DNA from: Cirrosporium novae-zelandiae
Lineage: Eukaryota
Assembly: GCA_026023565.1 (NCBI GenBank)
Contig: JAPETS010000018.1
Location: 620,001-653,768, forward strand
Direction of reading: 5' to 3'
Length of the DNA stretch: 33,768 bases
Numbering within the stretch: position 1 is the first letter of the stretch; the number at the start of each line of letters is the position of its first letter. Positions 19,578-31,149 of this stretch are shown one piece after another. The notes beneath the pieces were generated by a model that saw nothing but the letters and a program-made list of their open reading frames with translations, did no database searches and was not told the origin of the DNA. The translations under genes and the position numbers were made by a program.

Positions 19578-21206
19578 CTTCAAATCATCCTCCCAATAAG
19601 ATCCCTTCATCCAGACGCCCTTTTGAGTGGAGAAGATCTACGAGGTCTGTCCTAGTAAGATAGTAAAATCCCTAGTACTTTTGGTGAAAGCTGAAAACAA
19701 ACCATTGACCAATACTAGGCCGCCCACTTCTGTTTGTCTGTGAACTCGAACCCGTCGTACCTTGATCCTTTGTGCGCATTGACTTGTGATACAAGAGAAT
19801 GACGATCCACTTCTAGAAAATAACATCAACATTAAGCAACGTTCAGGAGCCATTTCCACCTTTCAAGCGGTTACGTGCAGATGGTGGAGAAGGGACTGCA
19901 TGCACAGTACAACGGCAGCACTGATTTGACATTTTCCTTGAAGGCAATCAGCGCATCAACCGGGCGGCCGATTCATGCCAGCTTATCGATCCTTCCCATA
20001 ACTATTGTGCAATGCAAATGGCCGTAATGTGTTATGACATTTCCCACCGAGAGGGCTACATGTGCCTACTCGGAGGTAAAAAGATTTTCTATTATTCATC
20101 GACTGTCTGTCTTGAAAACGGAAAGAATATACTTTTGACAAACTTGTCAAGGGAAATACTATCCGTATTTGTTACTCAAGTGTGTTGGGCAATTTACAAC
20201 AAGTATTTTGGTACCAACAATTGCTTGCTCCACCATCATTCAATTCCTACGGCATGATCCGATAGGCATCCATATATGCCTGTAAATCTGACAGTATTAT
20301 CATGCACTGAAGAACAAGGTTGAAATTTTGGGACTTAGGTTCTTCAGTCATCAAGTGGTTGCATGAGCGCAGTGTTGCCATCCACGCTTGCCTAGCTTGA
20401 GGTGCAATAGCCAAAGCTTACCCAAGTGCAGATGTATTAACAGCCCTCTGTTATATCGCCAGTTGCATTGTTACCTTAGAAAACCTTATCACCCTGCATA
20501 TAGACAGACTGAGCTATCTTGGTAAGAATATTACTCAGTGCAGCGGGGCGCAAAAAGATACTGATGCTCATGCACCAGGAAAAACCGAATCCGGATCAAA
20601 TACAACCCCGTGCGCGTTAAAAGAAAATACAATATATTAAACAGCACATATCAAGCAGGATCGCCACTGCAACCCTTCCGGATTGCATATGTCAGAAATC
20701 CATAGCAATATCAAGCAAGATAACACTCCCATGGCTTCTCCCTCTCAATACCATAGCCACTTTCCCCCAACTTAATTTCACTGTCCAGTGGACTTTCAAT
20801 TTCATGTCGATAAAAAGAAATCATATTCAGAATAACTATATCTATCATCCCGACGCCAACCTTGGCCCCTCCCTCTCTCCCGCACGCCGCAAATCTCAAC
20901 AGAACCACCCATTCTCACTGCATCTACATGTCATGCATACGTACATACAGTACATATGTACATACATAGTAAAGTCAAAATACCTTCACCCGCACCAACA
21001 GCGCTGACACCTTCCCCATAGAGTATGATCCGGACCACATACACAGACAAACGGACAAATACGAACAGACCACCACCACAAACGGATCCCAATCCAATCC
21101 AATCCAGTCCAGCCCCATGACAACTACCTACATACAGTAAACTCCAAAGGCCGAACACGAAAGCGCTACGCTATGTTATGCTATATTATATCGTACCATT
21201 TCTAAA

Positions 21207-21252
21207 TATCCTATTCTATCCTATCCTATCCTATCCTATCCTATCTTATCCT
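21207..21252 (+). repeat. (TATCC)n pentanucleotide repeat
   Basis: Directly visible. Confidence 0.85.
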
Positions 21253-22007
21253 CTACCCCCCCACTTCTCCACCACAATAAGAACATACACATAAACACAT
21301 GCCCAGATACCCGTAGAGTAAAACTAAACTAGGCTATCAACCCAAATCGAATATGTAATCATGGAAGCGCTTCGCCACATAATTTCCAAACAGGTAGATA
21401 TCCTCCTCTACTTCCTTAAAAAGAATATACATGTATATTACATACACACATATTACACATGATATACACTATAAACAAGTACCTACCTACCTACCTATAG
21501 TCCTATTACATACTTATTATCTTACTTTACTTACCCATCTCCACCTTCAATCCCGCCGGGTATTCTAAGTAGTCTAAGCACTATATTACAACTGACTGAC
21601 TGATTGCAGAACCATTCTTTTCCAACTCTCCAACTCCCTAGGTACAAGAAATACAAATAAATTACCAACCTAACAATTTATCCAGTAAAATACGCACTAA
21701 ACTAAACTAAACTAGTTTCCGTCCCCTCTTAACCCCGGCGTCCGGCCCTAGCCCACCAAGATTCTAAAATTAGCAACTCCAAACTCTCAAAAAAACTTCC
21801 CCTCCAAAAAACAATTCTCCCTACGTAGCTAAGTTACGGAATTTAAACAAGATCTAACTACCTAATTCCCTTTCCATCACAATGACAATGCAATGTGATT
21901 GTGATTGAGATCGTGATGAAAATCGTGATTGTGTCGATCCATCTACAATATCTATCTTTATATCTTGTGGAGAAAAGTCCTTAAAAAAGAAACATGGAAA
22001 AGAAACG

Positions 22008-22045
22008 TAAAAATAAAAATAAAAATAAAAATAAAAATAAAAATA
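22008..22045 (+). repeat. (TAAAAA)n hexanucleotide repeat
   Basis: Directly visible. Confidence 0.85.
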
Positions 22046-22144
22046 GTTGGTTTGGTTTAGTTGGTTAGACCTGATAGATGGGGATTACTGTAACTTTGGC
22101 TAGAATCTTGAATCTATCTATCTAATTATTCGGATTTTGATATC

Positions 22145-22206
<62 letters not shown>
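22145..22206 (+). repeat. (AGT)n microsatellite, about 20 perfect units
   Basis: Directly visible. Confidence 0.95.
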
Positions 22207-23110
22207 GGGGGTTTGAGAGATATCAGAAAGAGAGAAGAGAGAGATAAACGGGATTTTGTCGTTCAGAACGCTCGCTCATCCATCCGTCCACCGAACCATG
22301 CTATGCTGCTCGCTCATTCACGTATGCATGCACAGCTTGACTACTGAGGACTGAACTACTAAACACCAACTTACCTCCTTCCGAGTATACTCGAGTACAC
22401 TCACTCTCCCCCCCATCATAAACCATCCTAGGTAAATATCACAAAAACCTACCTACCTACACATACACAGGGCACAATTCCAACCCCCCCCCCCCCCATT
22501 AGAGGGTTATTATACCCCCTCAACACCCCTCCTACACCCCTCCAACAACTCCATAACAAATTACCAAAATCACCAAATATATATATATATATATGGGAAC
22601 CCTCCTCCCTTTTACCCCCCCTACCCTCTCATCCTCTCATCCTCTCTTATCCAAGAAGATAGATAAATTTTCATTACTTAACACAGATGGATAGATTATA
22701 TTCCCTTTTAGGAAAATAAATACTTTTATAGAAATAGAAATATTAGGGAAAGAAAAAAGGAATTCTTGAGTCTTGACTACCTTACTCTTTTTTTTTTTTT
22801 GGTTTGTTGTTCAGTGGACTAGGTAGGTAGGTAGGTAGGTAGGTAGGTAGGTAGGTAGTTAATTACCCCACTCCCCACCCCCTCCCGACTGCTTAGTAGG
22901 ATGGATACTAGAATACTAGGATGTTAGGCTTCTATAGATATTGAGTATACAATCGATTCCAACTCTACCATAGTAGGTAGATAGGGTTTTTTTTTCGAGA
23001 TATTAGAAAGAGAGAAGCGCTATCTAGAACGCCTACCCATCATGTTGCCCATTCATTGCATACCATCTTGATTACCTCCGAACTACTGGGTACTGAGTAG
23101 GTACTCGTGA
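22203..23110 (+). repeat. Diverged direct repeat pair (~22203-22360 and ~22982-23087)
   Basis: Shared colinear blocks gagatatYagaaagagagaag, Yagaacgc, catgYt, gcYcattca, tgcatRc, cttgaYtac and gaactact. Confidence 0.65.
22820..22858 (+). repeat. (TAGG)n tetranucleotide microsatellite
   Basis: Directly visible. Confidence 0.9.
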
Positions 23111-23916
23111 TGTAGTCTATTCACCTTAACAATCCATACGGAAAATTCAAATCCACCTTTTTATATAACGTTTTTTTTATTTGCATTTCTAGTGCTTGCT
23201 TTATGATACACACTCATCCACATTCATCCTCTGGCGCAGACCTAGAGTCTCTGCCCTTGAACCAAATTCGCCTCCATCCCTTCCTTTCCCAAATAAGCTA
23301 AAAAGGTAAAAAATAACTTCCAAGGTTGCAAATCAGAAGTAGAAAATTCCGGTTTAGAGGAAAAAAACGCATCTTCAATCTTTTGAGACTCCTTGCCTTC
23401 TCGTCAGCTCGCAAATTTTTTGCTTCGTCTACATTTTCAGAGTTTGATTCAAATCATTAACAAACTTGTGGGCTTTTGGGAAGCCATAGGTTCTATTCCG
23501 TCACTGCTGGCGATCAGTTTCGTGGTTGTGTGGGTAACGACGCGTAATGCATGCTCTGACGACATATCCTTTGCCCAATTGTTGGTGAATCAAGCGAATA
23601 ATGGTAAAAAAAAGAGGAGTCCCAGATCCGATCACCGTAAACGCCGCGTAAATGCTTTCATTCAGTCTTAACTTCAAGCTCCCAAAGTATTGTCCTATAA
23701 TATGCGGTTTTCTTCCCAACGAAATAATGAAAGGCGAAAATTAGTAATAGTAAAACGACGACCCTTTATAGATCGAGAGTAGTGTTTTGGTATCGAGTAT
23801 TGATAATAGAGGATACAAGAGGCGTAGTAGTCAAGCGATTCTCCAAGGGATCGACCATAATTAGACTAGAGTTGTTTCAAAGACCTAAAATGGCTCAAGG
23901 TAGGTAGACGTTGACT

Positions 23917-26900
23917 TTACCGCACAGTAATTCCGGACCGTTTCGTGTACAGTCTTGCTGCGATATTCATTGATGCCAGCTCTTGGAAAAGGAGCTTCGC
24001 TGCATATGGAATATGAACTTGGGATATTCTAGTCTTGTTCTTGCAAGGTCGGCATTCAAAGGAATTCTTCTTGAGGTTGCTGTATACAATATTAGTTAGA
24101 AATGATCAGGATAGGAAAGAGACCAAGGTTTAAACTTACGCAACAGGAGTCATCAACCCGCAGATATCGCAAATATGAACGCGGAATGCATCTGAAACCT
24201 CGAATAATCTTTCCTTCAAGAAAGCGCTTGCACCATGTGAGATCATGCAATCACGTTCCATCTCTCCGAAACGAAGACCACCATCTCTGGCACGACCCTC
24301 AACAGGCTGTCTAGTCAAAATTTGTACCGGACCACGAGCACGAGCATGTATCTTATCGTCGACCATATGCCTGAGACGTTGATAATATGTGGGCCCAAGG
24401 AAGACCTGTGCGACAAGCTTCTTTCCGGTGTGACCGTTGTACATGACCTCAAACCCACGGGATTGGTATCCATGTTCGCGAAGAAGTGATGACACAGAGT
24501 CTACAGTGATATCCGTGAATGGAGTGGCATCACCTTCGAACCCTTGGAGAGATGCAACTTTGCTAAGTTGGCACTCGATTAAATGAGCAATTGTCATACG
24601 AGATGGAATGGCATGAGGATTAATGATCAGGTCTGGGACTACACCATAGCTTGTAAAAGGCATATCTTCTTGACGATAGGTGATACCGATGGTTCCTTTT
24701 TGACCGTGACGCGAAGCGAATTTGTCTCCAATCTGGGGGATCTTGGTTGTTCTCATTCTTACTTTGACGAATCGAAGACCCTCAGCATTCGTTGTGAGCA
24801 AAACTTGGTCAACGATGCCATTCTCTGTGCTCCTAAGTGGAGTAGAGACATCACGCTTGACATGCAATTTTGTACGTTGTCCAAGCTCTTCGGCATCCGG
24901 TGCAATGGGAGCAGTTTTTCCGATAATGATATCTTCTCCGGAAACCCGAACACCAGGGGCAACAATACCATCTTCGTCAAGCTTGTCATAGGTGCCGTGT
25001 TTAAGGCGTAATGTATCACTGCGCATTGGCTTCTCAAATTGTTCGACAACGTTCATACCAACACGTTTCTCTTGGTCGTTGTATGATCGGTAGAACAAAC
25101 TTCGGAAGAGACCACGGTCAATACTACTTTGATTCATAATGACAGAATCTTCTTGATTGTATCCAGAGTAGCAGGCAATAGCGACGATGGCATTTTGACC
25201 GGCAGGAAGTTCTCGGAACTTGAGGTATTCCATAGAATGTGTGGTAGCCAAAGGTTTTTGTGGATAATAAAGAATATTAGCCATGGTATCCATTCGTTGG
25301 TCGAAGTTTGTGAGGAAAACGCCCATAGCTTGTTTACCCATAGCGGACTGGTAAGTATTACGTGGAGATTGATTATGGTCAGGGAACGGAATGATACTTG
25401 CGCAAATGCCCAAGATCATGGCAGGATGGATTTCACAATGGGTCCAGGTGTGAGCTGCAGAAGGTAAACGTGTTCTCACTCGCTTGTTCGGGGCTGCCTC
25501 TCGGTCTTCCTCGATTGTATACCCCAGTCGAACTTGTTTGGAAATGGCTAGATCTTCTGGCGTCATAACGATCATCGCCGTCTCTTCTTCTTCCGCATCA
25601 AGGTATTCAACACAGCCAGAAGCAATAAGAGCTTCCCATCCATATATCGGTTCTCCTTCAGGGCCATCAGGATAGAATGGTAGGTTGTGATCAATCTTGA
25701 CAACATCGTCCTTAGTCAAGACCAAATTTCCGTCATTATTAGAGCTCTTGTCGTTTTCGACGACGTATAACGGACGGCAAACTCTCCCAGCATCAGTGAA
25801 GATTTTGAACTCCCGATCTCGAATATCCCTAACAAGACTGACTTCATGCGAAATCTTGTTATGTCGACGGAGGTCGTAGACAACTCTAGCAAGACTGGCT
25901 GGTTCCCGATGGACACCAACCCAGACACCATTAACAAACACCTTTGTAGCGTTGGGTGAATTCAGGGGTTCGTATTCTTCTAGTACTTCCATGTTTCGCC
26001 CAATCATAAATTCAACGATAGGCTCAGCCGGGGTACCGACAGTGATATAACACATCAATGCAAGATTTTTGACTAGACCACAAGCTTGTCCTTCTGGGGT
26101 TTCTGCTGGACAGACCAAACCCCAATGGGTATTATGCAGTTGTCGAGGTTTTGCAATTTTACCGTCTCGCCCAATGGGGGTATTCGTCCGCCTCAAATGA
26201 GACAGTGTCGAAGAAAAGGTATAACGATTTAAGACTTGAGACACACCCGCCTTTGATGACATTGCTTTCTTTTGTTCACCCCAATTACCTGTAGCGAGAG
26301 AATATTTCAGGCCACTGGTGAGTGTATTCGACTTGACTCCGAGAGTAAGATTGAACTCGCGGTTATTCTCAACACATTTTTGAAGATACTTGTAGACATC
26401 TTTAGTTAGCTTGATGAAAAGGGCTCGGAAGAGACTAGCAAGTAATGGACCAGCGAGATCCAGCCTCTTTTTGCCAAAGTGATCACGATCATCAACATCC
26501 CTACGTCCAAGTGCACACTGTAACATTTTATGGACCATGTATCCTAAGAAGAATGCTTTACGGGTTTCACTGCCTTCGACCTGGGAGATATGAGGGAGGA
26601 ACTCTTTCTGCAGAATATCTCGTGCATATTTGATACGCTTATCACGAGCAATTCCTTGGGAGTTTCCACGTTTACCAATGAAGTCAAGTGCAACCTCTCG
26701 ATCCTGGATAACAAAGGCCTCTTCAATACAAGGTTTAAGCATTTCCAGCATTTGCGTATCACTACGATCGTAGCAAATGTGGTTCAGAATGTCTTCATCA
26801 GAAACAACTCCCAGGGCCCGGAAAACGATAGCAATAGGAATGTCGGCCTTGATATAGGGTAGAGTCGACTTGATAGTCTGTCCGAATGCTTGTGCAGCCT

Positions 26901-27714
26901 TGGCAAAGAGCTTCAGTTGCATACTTGAAATCAGTCGGGAGCCTTTCTCGACTGCACTTCGGATTTCAGCAACATAAAGAACAGGACTTGGAAGCGCCTT
27001 CTTGAAAACCTGAACTATGTTTGCCGCACTGCGCTCCTGCGCGATCAAAACTTTCTCACTTCCGTTGATGATGAAATAACCACCTTGGTCATATGGGCAT
27101 TCGTTCCAGGCGAAAAGTTCGGCTTCGGGTAGATCCTTTAGGATACAATACTTCGATTTTAACATAATAGGAAGTTTGCCGATGAACACCTTGGTTGCTG
27201 TTGGCTCTTCGTCGTCATTCCCGTCCTCGTTTTCCCATTCGAGAACAGTCTTTTGGTGCTCATCAATATCCATCTCGCCGTCTCCATTTTCGTCATAGAC
27301 CGGTCGTTCACGAGCAACAGACACCTTTTTGCTTATTTCAAGATACATCGGACTCGAGTATGTGAGGTTACGTAGGCGGGCTTCTTGCGGTAACATGACA
27401 TTTGTAGTACCATCACCTTCTGTCATTGCTGGTCTTGAAAGTAGAATTCCTCCAAATTTGATTTCATATCTGCGTTTCACGATCGGATCGATATCGTCCT
27501 CGGACTGAGCTGTATTTTGATCGAGGGTGAGCTGTCCATTCTCTTCAACTAGCTCCTGCATCGTTTGTGACACGAATTCATCGAAAGAATCGATCTGTTG
27601 TGACACAAGACCCTTCGAATCAAAGAAGGAGCTGATGACTGTCCAGCATTCTTCGGCCGTAATCTCTTCGTAGAAATCATCGTCCCCCGCATACTCTTCG
27701 GGGTATTCAGCCAT
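23917..27714 (-). CDS. RPB2: DNA-directed RNA polymerase II second-largest subunit; exons 27714-24140, 24079-23917; 1245 aa
   Basis: Motifs [72 protein letters not shown] and [11 protein letters not shown]. The C-terminal Zn site CDIC..CRPC is joined across a 60-nt GTAAGT..CAG intron. Exon sum is 3738 nt. Confidence 0.98.
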
Positions 27715-28140
27715 GGCTGGCCGAAAGGATTACAACTGCTCAAGCGATTTTTTCGATTTTGTGGTAATAGATATATCTGCAGTCTTCTTCGTGGGACTTT
27801 GGCTCTGGTTCCAGGTGATAACGAATGTTCGGCCTGTGGTCTTTGTGATGTTGAGTTTCAGGCCAAATATTAAGTCTGAGATGTGGCGACCAGGATCTGA
27901 GGATGTGAATGAATAGGAACGTGGTTGGAAGATGAGGATCGTTGGAAGAAGATAGCGCCCTTTACAGTAGAGACTGGGCAGGGATATATGAAGAGTGAAT
28001 GATGGGTATGAGACTTCGAGCGCCTCACGAGTGATGAAGTTGAGAATGAATTGGCGATGAAGAAAGCTTGCCGGGAAGAACTACACTAAAAAGTTTAGCG
28101 CGAATGCAGCCCAGAACCTTCAATGCAGCCAAGAAACGAA

Positions 28141-28150
28141 ATCACGTGAT
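28141..28150. promoter_or_regulatory. Palindromic E-box (ATCACGTGAT), a candidate bHLH/Cbf1-type site upstream of RPB2
   Basis: Perfect 10-bp palindrome about 430 bp upstream of the RPB2 ATG; I find no minus-strand ATG in between. Confidence 0.45.
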
Positions 28151-28479
28151 TGCCGGTATTATTAACAGATTCAATTATTTTAAAAGTGAACTTGGCAATA
28201 GTACTGTAAACTTCCGTTCCAGTTGGCCTGGACGGTGAGTTGTTTCTCCTATCTTCTACTTCAAAGTGCTATTGTTCTCTTTATTAGTAGTATATTTGGA
28301 TACTAGCATCCTAGCTAACGAGACTAATATATAGGGGTCCTAAAATAAACCGAGAAAACAACCTTGTGGTATGCAATGCCTATACCGATATATCCCAATA
28401 GTATGCGCAGACTACTCATCATACAGATACAGCCAAAGCATAAGAATGGTACAATAGTCGCAAAACCTAGATCTAGGGA

Positions 28480-30618
28480 TCATAGAAATTCCAACAGAGC
28501 CCCTAGCATATCTTTCGTACTCTTGGATTCATCCCCATTTTCGTCCGCTATGCCATCATGTTGTTCTAGATTATGTTAATAAATGTCGAAAGAATAAGCT
28601 ACTAGGGAATATACCTTTTAAAGTTGACTGAATCGCCGAAAAGTCCTGTCCATCCTTTGCAAAAAGGTCATTTATCCTAGCCTTCGCTCCATCGTCCTCA
28701 GCAATCAGCCAAGCCAGGATAATGTCGACAGTCTGCAGAGAGAACAAACCGGCGTCCAGGCGTCTTGAGAGCCATTCATCGGCGAGGTCTTCCTGCTCTT
28801 GGCTACTTAAAGTGGCGCGTTCGCTTTTAATCTTAACTTCAACAGTCGATATTTTTGACGCATAGTCTCTCCGTAATTTCATGAGTTTGGCAATCTTTTC
28901 ATAGTCTTTCTCAACAAACTTTGCTAGAGTTCGTATTCTTGCCGCAGATCCTCCAGGTAGAGACCGGAGCAACGAGGAGAAAATTCCAAGCAGATGTTCT
29001 GTGACCTCGTTGTCCTGCTTCTTCATAAACATTCCAAATATGGTCTTCAGCCCGGCAGCCTCAACAAGCCGCTCTCCCACCTCACCACCTTCGATACCAC
29101 CCAGAGCATGATCTAGGACCCGGGCTGCTCTAGACTTGCTCATTTTTCCTTCTCGAAACATGATCTGACAGAGCTCCACTCCTTCAGCTTCAATAAATTT
29201 GCTTTTACCTTGACTTTCCTCCACAACACAAGTCAAGACATCAAAAACATTCTCGACATATTCTTCTTCGTCACTGTCCTTTTCAGGATCTCTCTTTCTA
29301 TAAGCACTAAGTAATTGTAGAATGGTATCGATTCCGTCCACTTCAATGAACTTCTGCCGATTCTCAGTCGAGGACTGCAAAAGTATTGCCAGGATTTCAG
29401 CTGAATACTGTTTATTTTGACCGACAGAAGATTCCTTTCTCTGGATACGAGTAAGAAGCCAGGAAATTATGGTTGTTTCTTGTCCCATTTTGACTGCTAT
29501 GGAATTCTGAGAGGCAAGGTTTTCAAGAACACTTAAAACGTGATATACTCCACTCCTGTCTGCTTCATTGGATTCTTCAAGTCGTGCAAGGTTGGAAACG
29601 AGCAGGTCTAGAAGATCTGAATCAAGCATTGCATTGACGAGCGCATCCCATTGCACTTGATTGGCTTCAACATCTTCATCCGTGAGTTCGCTAATAATTT
29701 CAATTGCATCAATGGCAATATCAGTATTCTCATGGGCTAGCAATGATACAAGCGAAGCAACACATCCAAGTTCTGCAAATTCATTATAGAGCTCTGGATT
29801 CTCAGACAGGATAGACAGGGCCTTGATATCCGCATCAAGATCAGCTTCAGATCCCATAAACCTAGTAATATAGTTAGCATCATATAAATGAAATAGCTTT
29901 TTAAGCCGATCCAACCCAATTCTGTATCGACTGTGCTGAGACCACCCAAAATCTTGAGAAGTTATTCTCTTTCCCGCAAATGGGTATTCGTTGGTATTGT
30001 TTGAAACCTTCCCAGGCAGTACTGTTTTCATGCACATGTGCAACTCACCACCGAATAAATATACTTGGATTGACTCAAAAGCAAAGACTGAAGAGGGGCT
30101 TTATAACATACTTTTGAGGATCCCCCTCGTGTTTTGCCCTCAGCTCCGCATTCTTCGAAATCCGCTTTTCAAAATTTAATGCTAGACGCCGTAACCATGC
30201 CGAGTCAATTTTTTCCGGAGCAGGCTCTGCTTGCTCTTGTTCCTCTAAGTAGTCAAGAACCTCTGCAGTTTCTTTTGTTATTCCACCTCCAAAATATTTT
30301 GCATCTTCCTCATCGATAGGGCCCTCTTCGTCTGGTGGTAACTCCGGACCTGCTTCCTGGTCTTCATCGTCTTCCTCCACTGTTGACCAATGATGGCCTT
30401 TGACGTCTCCATTTTCCGATAGCTTTGGGGATTTGTTGGTCTCGTCTAAGTTGTCTTAGCTCCATGATACTACTTGGTGGGGAAATGCTTACTTGGATTG
30501 GCAAATTGATCAAGCTTGCGCTTATTGGAAGGCAGAAACGGTTTCTGATGACTGTTAGTAGTCAAAACTATTCTGTTGGTGGTTGACCTACTTTAAAAAG
30601 CTCATCAACGCTCGTCAT
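28480..30618 (-). CDS. CTNNBL1: Beta-catenin-like protein 1 (Prp19/CDC5L-associated ARM-repeat splicing factor); exons 30618-30592, 30544-30493, 30445-30112, 29861-28615, 28565-28480; 581 aa
   Basis: Motifs MTSVDELFK, FEKRISKNAELRAK..DPQK|FMGSEADLDADIK, LLAHENTDIAI, NKQYSAEILAILLQ, EEEYVENVFD, AKFVEKDYEKI and RRLDAGLFSLQ. Four GT-AG introns; exon sum 1746 nt. Confidence 0.93.
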
Positions 30619-31149
30619 GATGATTGATAGAATGAAGTTGATTGATGTAATTAAGAAGAGGAAGCTGGGGGCTAGTTCCGAGTAAAGCTATGCTGGTTTT
30701 TGTGAGGTACCGTAGATAATTTGGGGTCCTATTCTGCCCCCAGCTAATCATAGCGTTTGAAGATTTGCATCCAACCCCCCTACACTGCACCTACATTGAA
30801 GTTGATACTTTCGAAAGTAGAATCACAAAAGAAAAGCAGAACCTTCTCTGAATGACTCTAAGCCAAGACTAATTGTTCAATTTATTAATATTTTTTTTTG
30901 AAAGATCCAAGGTCATTTAGATGGTTCATAGTAACATAAGAGCTCAAGGGGGGACTCGATGAATTGTTTGATATATTTCGTCAGTACGGCTAGCTGCAGA
31001 TAAACCCCCAGAGAGGTAAGTACCTAGGTACCGATGTACTGTACAGTAGTACAGTACCTTGTGCGACACCTCCGATAGCATCTCACAACCACCAACATCC
31101 AACAATAATTAGCCTCACAACTTATTTGCTAGTTAACGCCCCATAAGCT

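Noticed and set aside
29930..29990. TPP-riboswitch-like GCTGAGA..ACCC in the long CTNNBL1 intron
   Set aside because: It is antisense to the host gene, lacks the CUGAUC..UAA..GCG.AGG core, and the host is unrelated to thiamine.
29862..30043. ORF-track N-terminus MHMCMKT... of the 490-aa ORF
   Set aside because: It lies within intron 3 of CTNNBL1; the conserved protein joins DPQK to FMGSEADL.
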